This document shows, piece by piece, positions 54,701-64,000 of a DNA stretch of 64,000 nt. The notes below the pieces were generated by a model. That model saw only the letters and a list, made by a program, of their open reading frames with translations, had not been told where the DNA came from and did not search any database. Where the stretch lies: assembly GCA_965235115.1 (NCBI GenBank), contig OZ249436.1:40922001-40986000 (forward strand), read 5' to 3'. Source of the stretch: Laetmonice hystrix (lineage: Eukaryota). The translations under genes were made by a program, and so were the position numbers. The stretch's first letter is position 1; each line of letters opens with the position of its first letter.

Positions 54701-57700
54701 GTTCTATTTACCCAATCTATTGACATTTCACTTCACCATGTCCCATAGGTACCATATCATTATCCGGTATATGCCATCCGTATGCAAGTATTCGTACCAT
54801 ACCAGATACGTAGGCGTACGCAGCAGTCAATACGACTGTACAGGTTGTACCATTAGCCGGTAGAAGATCAGGTTTAACTTGGATTGACACATTGATCAAT
54901 ACCAAAGTCCCTGAATCAGTATCTGTTGGAGGCGGGAGATATTGACAGTTGTCAGTGGGCCGAGATGTAACCAATCAGAGCGACCTGTCTGTCAATGGTA
55001 GGAAGGTTTGGTCCGGCATGGGCTGACCTCGTGTGGTATTGACCCATGTAACCACAGTCAGTGAGACAGAAACAAGGAAAATGTACCAGGGTCCACTTAG
55101 AAATCTTAGAGAACACATTTTATCTCCGTCATATGTTTATGAGATATTGTATCGTTTATCTTTTTGTCTAATTAATTTTTAATCGTGTATGTTGCAGACC
55201 GTCGACCAGTATTCAATCCTGTTTGAGGTGAACGATGCAATGAATTCGGTAGGTATAATCTCTGAGTTTGTCTCTGTACAAAGGTGATAATTCAAACCTC
55301 CCTGTCTGGTAGTGTGGAAGTGTGTATTTCATAGGGCCGGGTAAAGCATACAGCAGTGCCGTACTGTCCGCTGTTTTTATCATACATTTAGGTGATCATA
55401 GCGCGGTTTTTCAAGATTCAGGTTCTTGCTTGCGCTTAAGGTCGTGTGCTACACTAAGTCAAACTCACTACATATCAATATTATGTATTTTGATAGAAAA
55501 GAAAACAATTGTTTCTGATTTTAAAAAGGTAAAAATATCCATATGTTACCATGCTGACTTTTGTGTGGGCAGTCTAGAAAATGCACGCTACTGTTAATTT
55601 GAGTGCACCTCACACTAATCTGGAGGTCACCAGGGTAAACCCTGGCTTTGCACAGTTATTATTTCCCAAATAAACCTAGGCTTAGAACAAACATTTTTAA
55701 AATAAAAAATACTTGTTTTTTTTCATTGAAATGCATTATATTGATATGTAAGGGTTTGGGTTGACTACATTGGTTACCATGGCGAGATATGGTGGGAGAT
55801 TTGATAGGTGACCTGTAATGACCTTAATTAGGTATACGAACTTGAGTTCTGAAAAACCTGACCCTGGTGACGTAACAATGAGCCGCAGGTTGAGGGTAAG
55901 TTAAGGCGAAATGATGTCGGCGCTAACAGGGTCCTATCTGTTCTCACCTGTTGAATGATTGTCGATAATAAGGGTTATTATGAACTGGTTTCGGATTTCC
56001 TCAGGTAGATTGGTGAGGGGGTCACACCTGAGCTTTGCAAATTCGATGGTCATCGATTCTGACGAGTGGTTGTCTGTCAAGGTGTGCTTCAATTAGAAAG
56101 TGGTCATAGTGGTAATTGCTATAATTAGAGGAATTGTCAGGTTTCAGAAGTTTATTGATACTATAGCTAAGATAGCTATAGCTACCCCATCCTTTTGTTA
56201 CAGATACAGAAGTACACAACATTATACGTCAATGACGTCAATGACAACGCCCCAGCCTTCACCAACCTGCCATACCGGGCTGAGATCGCTGAGGTAGGCT
56301 AGTAAACAAAAATATCTTATACCGAGAAATCGATAGAGATAGAGTAAGACCATCAGTCTCAATGACAACGCCCCAGCCTTCACCAACCTGCCATACCGAG
56401 CTGAGATCGCTGAGGTAGGCTAGTAAACAAAAATATCTTATACCGAGAAATCTATAGAGATAGAGTAAGACCATCAGTCTCAATGACAACGCCCCAGCCT
56501 TCACCAACCTGCCATACCGAGCTGAGATCGCTGAGGTAGGCTAGTAAACAAAAATATCTTATACCGAGAAATCGATAGAGATAGAGTAAGACCATCAGTC
56601 TCAATGACAACGCCCCAGCCTTCACCAACCTGCCATACCGAGCTGAGATCGCTGAGGTAGGCTAGTAAACAAAAATATCTTATACCGAGAAATCGATAGA
56701 GATAGAGTAAGACCATCAGTCTCAATGACAACGCCCCAGCCTTCACCAACCTGCCATACCGAGCTGAGATCGCTGAGGTAGGCTAGTAAACAAAAATATC
56801 TTATACCGAGAAATCGATAGAGATAGAGTAAGACCATCAGTCTCAATGACAACGGCCCAGCCTTCACCAGTCTGCCATACCGGGCTGAGATCGCTGAGGT
56901 AGGCTAGTAGGTAAACAAAAATATCTTATACCGAGAAATCTATAGAGATAGAGTAAGACCATCAGTCTCAATGACAACGCCCCAGCCTTCACCAACCTGC
57001 CATACCGGGCTGAGATCGCTGAGGTAGGCTAGTAAACAAAAATATCTTATACCGAGAAATCTATAGAGATAGAGTAAGACCATCAGTCTCAATGACAGCG
57101 CCCCAGCCTTCACTAACCTGCCATACCGGGCTGAGATCGCTGAGGTAGGCTAGTAAACAAAAATATCTTTGTTTAGGCGTGCGACCTCTTAAAGTAGGCC
57201 GATGTCCTTCACTAATCAGGAAGCTTCTGACGTCAGCCTACAGAGGGCGCTGGTGTGTAATCTACAGTGATCTGGAAAAACCTAGCAAGTCCACTTTGCC
57301 TCATTTTCAGAAAATTGGGAAAAACAAACCATTTCTGCCATTAAGGTGCTTCAAACGCTAGGTTTTTCCAGGTCAAGAACTATGAATTGCGCTTAGAGTT
57401 CTGGCCCCGGTTTCAGAAAGGGTCTAAGCAGCAAGCTTGAAGCTAAGCAGTGCTACGGTGGCCCAGAAGGACAACAGACACTTTAACTTTCTACTTTGAT
57501 TTTCATGGATATTTTCATGGCAGTGGAAATATCACCGCGGTGAAAATATTGCCACCACGGTTAAATTATTATCACTGTGAAAATGTCGATGAAAATCAAT
57601 CTAGAAAGTTAAAAACACTAAAGGTATGTATGTCCTTATGGGCTGCCGTAGCTCTGCTTAGCTTAAAGCTTGCTGCTTAAACCCTTTCTGAAACTGGGGC

Positions 57701-60700
57701 CAGATCACTTGTATAGGACTGTATGAAAGGGCCAAACCTAGTAAGTCCAAAAATGGGACTAACTCAAATTGGACAAAAACTCGACCTACTAGGTTTTTCC
57801 AGATTACTGTAGTAATGCATGGTGGCTCGTTTCTCGACTCAGATGTAGCCTAAACACCCGCAGTTGAGTAGGAACGAATCTCTTTTAAACCCTCGGAATA
57901 GCCTAGCAGATAATAATGTTTAGTGCTAAGAGGACCTTTAATTTAAGCGTTGAGTTATTTTAAGTGTGGTATTGTTTCAGGATTCGCAGCAGGGATCGTT
58001 TGTGTTCAAAGTGACCGCCCAGGATCCTGACTCCGGGGTGTGGGGTCTCGTCAGTTACAGTATTACGGTGAGTGAACCACCAGATGATGGGGAGGAGTCG
58101 GTCACCGCAGCCGGTAGCGTCATATTCACCCAGTATTCTTTGCTATCATTGGTAACAAACCAGCTTGGTTTCATTCGTGAAGGAATTCAAAATCTGATTC
58201 ACACAACAGTAACTGTTCATGTATTGGGGTTTCTTTTTTGTATTTAAAACCCGCGATATTCTATTGAAGTGAAGGAAGAGGTTTTTTGTAACTTTCGGAT
58301 ATCGGTAAATTAGTCGCCCGTTTCATCGTAACATTGACGGTACAACAAACACATGCAGAGTCCTTCTTATTCGAAGATCAAAGGTTCATCAAACTCATTA
58401 ACGGGACGTGTTATAGCGAGGCAGATATACCGTCCTTTGATTCAAGGTGTACTCATTAGACGAGGATCTTTTGATTTTATGCCATAAAACAAGATGTTGA
58501 TCTTGCCGGCCCTTTGATATTCCTACCACCATTTTTCTATATTATGTCACACCTTGTTCAACTCTTAGTATATGGTGAACTGCCGTCCCGTTTTGTTTAA
58601 AAAACTGTTCAACAATTGTTAACATTGTTATGTTAACCCTCGTTTTTACCTGTAAGAAAACAATGTTGCAATGCTACATCTATGCCATTTCTCTTCGCCG
58701 CAGCCCAACCAAAAGGTAAATTGGTTTAAAATGCAGATTGCTCTAGTGTGCATTTTGCAGTGCTTGTGTCTGCTCCCTCGCAGCCCCCTTCGCCCGGAGT
58801 GTTGGCTACCATCCCCCTGACCAGTTACCATATTTCTGATTAACACTGTATATATACTTGTTGGTATCTCGTTCACTCCTGGTCAATTCAGCACTAAACT
58901 GACAGATTTCTGTGAGAGACTTATACTAACCAATACTTGTAACTAGTTATCCAGTGAAACAACCCCTGAAGAGTTACTAGATTTATATAATATTTGAGAA
59001 AGTTGTCACAGGTTTAATTAGCCTTAGTAAGGAGTAGCTGTGGCAGAAGCTATCCAAAGGGGTCCTTTAATTTTAATCTTTATTTGACATTATGCAGATT
59101 CTGCCATTTAATTTTACATTTTTTTTAATTACCGCTCAAGGGTCTGACCCTAGCCGTCACCTTACAAGTATATCTAAACAGCATGGCTCCATCAAAGTTG
59201 TAACACAGTTAAAACTTAAACCTCATCGCATGTAACTTTCTATCCATGCATGCATGTATATCGAATTACTGATTTATCACCAAAAAAATCCCACAATATT
59301 TGCATTTTCCTTTCCCCCCTTCTTTGTCTCCCTCGATATTTATTTTTCTGCAAGTAGTCATATTGAAAAACAGTGAACCTGACCAATACTTCTCGGCCTT
59401 TACGTTTTTGATAGTGGCAGGTCAGCGTTGGCTTTGATGTAGCCAGATGGCTTCATCGGATTTTAGGCAGGGAAGTTTGCTTTATACCCCACAAATATGA
59501 CAGTAGTCTTCCATCACTGACGTAAGAGAGAAAACACTTCCGTGCCAGAAGTTTCAGTTGATATCAGGATGTCAGCACAAGCATAAAGTAGGACATTATA
59601 AGGCACTGCAAAAAGTCGCTGTTATAAATTTGTTGTGATATCCACCTGACCAACCCACCCACCCACCCACCCACATCCCTTCCCCTGTCGGACATTGTAC
59701 GGGGTTACTCGAGTTACTGGCCTGGTGGAGAATTATACGAATAGTCTGAGGTCGTACGTTTTACTGATGGTGATATTCTTGTGATCGCTGATTATTGGGT
59801 TGGATTATTTTTGATTTCCTCGATAAGAAATTATTTCTAATGGATCGTTGTGTATCGAACCTGGCGACAGGGGAATGACAGAATCATTTGCTGCAGCTTG
59901 TTTTTTTTATATCCTATGTAACTGTGCTGAAATAAACAAACAATGCCAGTCCCTATCCGGCCAACAATGAAAGGTATCGGTGACATTGGAATGTGTTGTC
60001 GGCTAATGAAAGTGCTGCCACCTAGAGGGATTCACCCCTGAAAACTAGGAGTGGCAGATCCCCAACGGTATGTTTCAATCAAAATATTGTGACGACTTTA
60101 ATCAAATGTTCCGAATTCCTTTCTTGTTTTTTGCCAGACACGGCAGGGACTATTTGATATCGACACCCTATCGGGTGAGGTGACATTACAAGAATCACTC
60201 GATTATGAAACAGAAAAGTTCTTTCAACTTGAAATAATGGCAGCGGTAAGTCCGAGTTTATCCTCAAGATTATTTCTTTATATTATATTGATAAAATTTA
60301 ATTTGTTTACCTTTCCAAGGAAACGACACCAAATAGATAAATGATATTTTATGACATCAAAAGGACTGTTGGTATTTTCGAGTACATTTTTCTTATTTGA
60401 CCTCCGTGAGTCTCCTATTTGTAGCTGGCGCTGTGTTTCTCATGTGGTAGTCGAGATTTTCAGAAGATTTCTTGGGAACAACTCGCAGTAAGAAGATGGA
60501 CTGTTGTGATTACAGGACGGTGGCGCCCTCAACAGTACGACGGACCTTATCGTCAACGTGAAGGACGTCCAGGATACGGCACCCTACTTCAACCAGCTGC
60601 CTTACCTCGGGGTGGTCAGGGAGGACGCTCCAGTGGTCAGTCTACCTACCTCCACCCCACCCTTACCATCACCCCACCCGTCACCCACCTTACCCACCCG

Positions 60701-62026
60701 TCACCCCACCCAGTATTTAACCCCAACTGACATGCCCCACCGTCACCCCAACCCTGATCAGCCGTATGTAAGGTATATGTACTTACTCCGAGACATACAT
60801 GTAGCCGCCGTCAGATGTTACATACCATTGTTTTCTTCCCCAGGACACGTCGATCCTACAGATCAGTGCTGTGGACGGGGACCGAGGTGTAGCAAACCCT
60901 GTCACCTACAGCTTCAATTCAGGTTAGTCTAGGATGTAGAAGTCAAACCTTACATGTCCCATCTACGGGATTATTTTATAGAAAAAACTTATTTACAATA
61001 ATTACTATGCCCTCATTTCATATGTACTATATCGAAGGAGATTATTTCCATATTCGCTCTCACGTATTTTTAAAGGACTGTGTGGAAGAAAACCAATATT
61101 TACTATCCCCCATTTCTAGGGGACCATGTAGAAGGAAACCGTTATTTACAATATTTACTGTCCCCCATTTCCAGGGGACTACGTAGAGGGAAACCGTTAT
61201 ATATTTACCATATTTACTACCCCCCATTTCCAGGGGGCTGTGTAGAAGGAAACTGTTATTTACAATATTTCCTATCCCCCATTTCCAGGGGACTATGTAG
61301 AAGGAAACCGTTATTTACAATATTTGCTATCCCCCATTTCCAGGGGATTAGGTATAGAGGGAAACCGTTATTTACAATATATACCATCCCCCATTTCCAG
61401 GGGACCATGAATACTTCAAGATCAACAGTACGACAGGTGTGATCAGTGTGGGCAAGGTCCTGGACCGAGAGGATCCGGCTGTAAGACGACTGTTTGGATC
61501 CCTCGAGATGTATGTCCTGGTAAGTGTCCTGTCATCTCATATTTAAGACTCTTCTATTCGAGAAGAAATGCATTATACCTATTAATCCTTGCAGACCATT
61601 TCCTCCAGTTTGACAACCAAAAGTAAAAATTCCGTCGTTTCTCAAATTTGGAGTGTATTGTAGTAAGTGAACCTATAATGTATATCTAGGGCAGATCAAG
61701 GTTGTCTTGTACCCAGAAATGTTTCCTTTCATTCCACCCTTCTTGATTATTGACTTTTTGCTGTGGAGAGATAAGAGTTTCTCTTAGAAATTGTTAATAT
61801 CATTGTCCGTGTACGTGTGAGCCAGACCCGAGAGGCCACAGCGAACCCCGTGGGGCCGACAGAGGCGGAGGCTCATGTGACTATCAACATCCTCGACGTC
61901 AATGACCAGGTACCCACCTTCAGCAGCGACACCTACCGGGCCCAGGTACCGGAGAATACCCAGGCGAGGATACCACTGACGATCCTACCGTACGGCACCG
62001 AGATCTTGGTCACAGACTACGATCAG
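48678..62026 (+). CDS. Partial multi-exon non-classical cadherin gene (CDH23/CDHR1/Cad87A-like), 3' end outside window; join(48678..48732,54129..54200,54417..54568,55198..55248,56204..56293,57981..58067,60138..60245,60516..60635,60844..60922,61401..61519,61826..62026)
   Basis: Manual splicing gives an open 378-aa frame with canonical cadherin Ca2+ motifs (SEDTPVG, AQDRDD, LDRE, DVNDNAPAF, AQDPD, LDYE, DVQDTAPYF, AVDGDRG, LDRE, DVNDQVPTF, VPEN, VTDYD). All introns are GT-AG with matching phases. The DVQD EC2-EC3 linker and the absence of a prodomain point to the CDH23/CDHR1/Cad87A group; exact orthology cannot be assigned from EC1-EC4 alone. Confidence 0.93.
49988..50096. mobile_element. Degraded fold-back / MITE remnant with 28-bp inverted arms, in cadherin intron 1
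   Basis: tgcaaacagagtcttaagattcaaatct versus reverse complement tgcaaactgagtcttaagatacaaatct (2 mismatches). Just upstream is ctggccctggttt, similar to the terminus of the 57400 element. Confidence 0.55.
54129..54200 (+). CDS. Cadherin exon 2 (VMSNQPPRLIGFGSALFVSEDTPVG), start of EC1
   Basis: Acceptor ttttacag, donor G|gtaagt. NxPP and SEDTPVG are typical EC1 N-terminal motifs. Confidence 0.92.
54417..54568 (+). CDS. Cadherin exon 3 (TVLGELEAQDRDD...KEQLDRE), EC1
   Basis: Acceptor tttcag, donor GAG|gtgagg. AxDxD and LDRE motifs; overlaps ORF 54389..54634. Confidence 0.95.
55198..55248 (+). CDS. Cadherin exon 4 (TVDQYSILFEVNDAMNS), EC1
   Basis: Acceptor ttgcag after a T-rich tract, donor TCG|gtaggt. 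Supplies the F strand following LDRE. Confidence 0.9.
56204..56293 (+). CDS. Cadherin exon 5 (IQKYTTLYVNDVNDNAPAFTNLPYRAEIAE), EC1-EC2 linker
   Basis: Acceptor ttttgttacag, donor GAG|gtaggc. DxNDNxPxF motif. Confidence 0.95.
56238..57168 (+). repeat. 121-bp tandem repeat, 8 copies, spanning the exon 5 / intron 5 junction
   Basis: Unit is the last ~56 nt of exon 5 plus ~65 nt of intron. GAG|gtaggc follows 56293, 56414, 56535, 56656, 56777, 56898, 57023 and 57144. Confidence 0.98.
57265..57809. mobile_element. Tc1/mariner-type MITE (TA|CAGT...ACTG|TA) carrying a nested fold-back element
   Basis: Left cagtgatctggaaaaacctagcaagtc; right reverse complement cagtaatctggaaaaacctagtaggtc. TA on both flanks. 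Internal partial TIR copies near 57358 and 57735. Confidence 0.75.
57400..57704. mobile_element. ~305-bp fold-back MITE, almost wholly palindromic
   Basis: tctggccccggtttcagaaagggtctaagcagcaagcttgaagctaagcag... pairs with its right-hand reverse complement over ~100 bp. Further inner arms: ttgattttcat/atgaaaatcaa. Confidence 0.85.
57981..58067 (+). CDS. Cadherin exon 6 (DSQQGSFVFKVTAQDPDSGVWGLVSYSIT), EC2
   Basis: Acceptor tttcag, donor ACG|gtgagt. VTAxDPD motif. Confidence 0.95.
60138..60245 (+). CDS. Cadherin exon 7 (TRQGLFDIDTLSGEVTLQESLDYETEKFFQLEIMAA), EC2
   Basis: Acceptor ttttttgccag, donor GCG|gtaagt. FxIDxxSGxV and LDYE motifs. Confidence 0.95.
60516..60635 (+). CDS. Cadherin exon 8 (DGGALNSTTDLIVNVKDVQDTAPYF...REDAPV), EC2-EC3 linker
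   Basis: Acceptor ttacag, donor GTG|gtcagt. DGG and DVQDxxPxF motifs. Confidence 0.94.
60844..60922 (+). CDS. Cadherin exon 9 (DTSILQISAVDGDRGVANPVTYSFNS), EC3
   Basis: Acceptor ttttcttccccag, donor AG|gttagt. AxDGDRG motif. Confidence 0.94.
61075..61409 (+). repeat. ~55-59-bp tandem repeat, 6 copies, spanning the intron 9 / exon 10 acceptor
   Basis: cccccatttcYag|ggg acceptor-like motif ending at 61119, 61174, 61233, 61288, 61343 and 61400. Confidence 0.93.
61401..61519 (+). CDS. Cadherin exon 10 (GDHEYFKINSTTGVISVGKVLDRED...MYVL), EC3
   Basis: Acceptor catttccag, donor CTG|gtaagt. FxINxxTGxI and LDRE motifs. Confidence 0.94.
61826..62026 (+). CDS. Cadherin exon 11 (TREATANP...LDVNDQVPTF...VPEN...VTDYDQ), EC3-EC4
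   Basis: Acceptor gagccag has a weak pyrimidine tract, so the exact start is less sure. Donor CAG|gtcagt. DVND and VTDxD motifs. Confidence 0.9.
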
Positions 62027-63830
62027 GTCAGTACACCCTCAGCCCACACCCTTACCTCCCACTCCCACAGCTCCCACACCCACACCCTCACCTCCCACAC
62101 CCACACCCTCACCCCACACCCTTACCTCCCACACCCACACCTCTCACACCCACACCTCCCACACCCACACCCACACCTCCCACACCCACTCCCTGAGAAT
62201 ACCCAGGCGAGGATACCACTGACGATTCTACCGTACGGCACCGAGATCTTGGTCACAGACTACGATCAGGTCAGTACACCCACACCCCACACCCTTACCT
62301 CCCACTCCCACAGCTCCCACACCCACACCCTCACCTCCCACACCCTCACCCTCACCCCACACCCTTACCTCCCACACCCACACCTCTCACACCCCCACCC
62401 ACACCTCCCACACCCACACCCTGAGAATACCCAGGCGAGGATACCACTGACGATTCTACCGTACGGCACCGAGATCTTGGTCACAGACTACGATCAGGTC
62501 AGTACACCCTCACCCCATACCCTTACCTCCAACTCCCATAGCACCCTCACCCCCACCCACACCTCCCACACCCACACACACACCTCCCACACCCACACCC
62601 TCACCTCCCACACCCACACCCTCACCTCCCACACCCTCACCTCCCACACCCACACCTCTCACACCCACACCTCCCACACCCCCACCCACACCTCCCACAC
62701 CCACACTCCCTGAGAACACCCAGGCGAGGATACCACTGACGATTCTACCGTACGGCACCGAGATCTTGGTCACAGACTACGATCAGGTCAGTACACCCTC
62801 ACGCCACACCCCACACCCCTACCTCCCACACCCACACCTCCCACACCCACACCCACACCCACACCCACACCCACACCCTTACCTCCCACTCCCACAGCTC
62901 CCACACCCACACCCTCACCTCCCACACCCACACCCTCACCCCACACCCTTACCTCCCACACCCACACCTCTCACACCCACACCTCCCACACCCACACCCT
63001 TACCTCCCACTCCCACAGCTCCCACACCCACACCCTCACCTCCCACACCCACGCCCTCACCTCCCACACCCACGCCCTCACCTCCCACACCCACACCTCT
63101 CACACCCACACCTCCCACACCCACACCTCTCACACCCACACCTCTCACACCCTCACCTCCCACACCCACGCCCTCACCTCCCACACCCACGCCCTCACCT
63201 CCCACACCCACACCTCTCACACCCACACCTCTCACACCCTCACCTCCCACACCCACACCCACACCTCCCACACCCACGCCCTCACCTCCCACACCCACAC
63301 CTCTCACACCCACACCTCCCACACCCACACCCACACCTCTCACACCCACACCTCCCACACCCACACCCTCACCCCACACCCTTACCTCCCACACCCCCAG
63401 CTCCCACACCCACACCCACACCTCCCACACCCACACCCTGAGAATACCCAGGCGAGGATACCACTGACGATCCTACCGTACGGCACCGAGATCTTGGTCA
63501 CAGACTACGATCAGGTCAGTACACCCTCACCCCATACCCTTACCTCCAACTCCCATAGCACCCTCACCCCCACCCACACCTCCCACACCCACACACACAC
63601 CTCCCACACCCACACCCCCACCTCCCACACCCACACCTCCCACACCCACACCCTCACCTCCCACACCCACACCCTCACCCCCCACACCCACACCCTCACC
63701 TCCCACACCCACACCCCCACCTCCCACACCCACACCTCCCACACCCACACCCTCACCTCCCACACCCACACCCTCACCTCCCACACCCACACACCCATAC
63801 CCACACCCACACCCACAGCCCACACTCACC
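61950..63830 (+). repeat. Compound tandem repeat: 5 copies of the exon 11 3' end plus donor, separated by C/A-rich (cccaca/cctca) low-complexity tracts
   Basis: gagaaYacccaggcgagg...tacgatcag|gtcagtacacc with GT at 62027, 62270, 62498, 62787 and 63515. Confidence 0.97.
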
Positions 63831-64000
63831 TTGGACACCACCAGAGAGCCTTAGGAAAAACTACTCTACGTTAAACACTGCATCAAACGTCATGTTGACG
63901 CTTTCTGATAAGAAAATGGACACCTTTGTACCATTTCCCCTCTTTTCCTTTCATTTAGTTTCCCTGTCCCCCCCCCCCCGTCTGAAATCCTAGATTGATA

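Noticed and set aside
56259..56867. Minus-strand hydrophobic ORFs
   Set aside because: Antisense translations of the 121-bp repeat.
62766..63874. Long Pro/Thr/His-rich and Val/Gly/Trp-rich ORFs as independent genes
   Set aside because: They are by-products of stop-poor low-complexity repeats. The cadherin-like starts are duplicated exon fragments.

Overview
This is eukaryotic (metazoan, probably invertebrate) genomic DNA, not prokaryotic. The only gene I can support is the 5' part of a + strand, multi-exon non-classical cadherin of the CDH23/CDHR1/Cad87A-like group. It has 11 coding exons at 48678-62026, all GT-AG and phase-compatible, giving 1134 nt / 378 aa (signal peptide, EC1-EC3 and the start of EC4), and it continues beyond the window. 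The first ~48 kb has no recognisable coding sequence. It holds four tandem arrays (23, 60/62, 83/77 and 74 bp units), several non-autonomous DNA transposons (MITEs), a tRNA-derived SINE-like head and candidate regulatory patches. The most striking structure is that three separate exon-intron junctions of the cadherin have each been tandemly amplified: the exon 5 donor x8, the exon 10 acceptor x6 and the exon 11 donor x5. This creates arrays of near-identical competing splice sites. In two arrays every extra site leads to a frameshift or premature stop. In the third, two extra donors are in frame and would insert His/Pro/Thr-rich segments plus a duplicated cadherin segment. All coordinates were read by eye and no searches were run.
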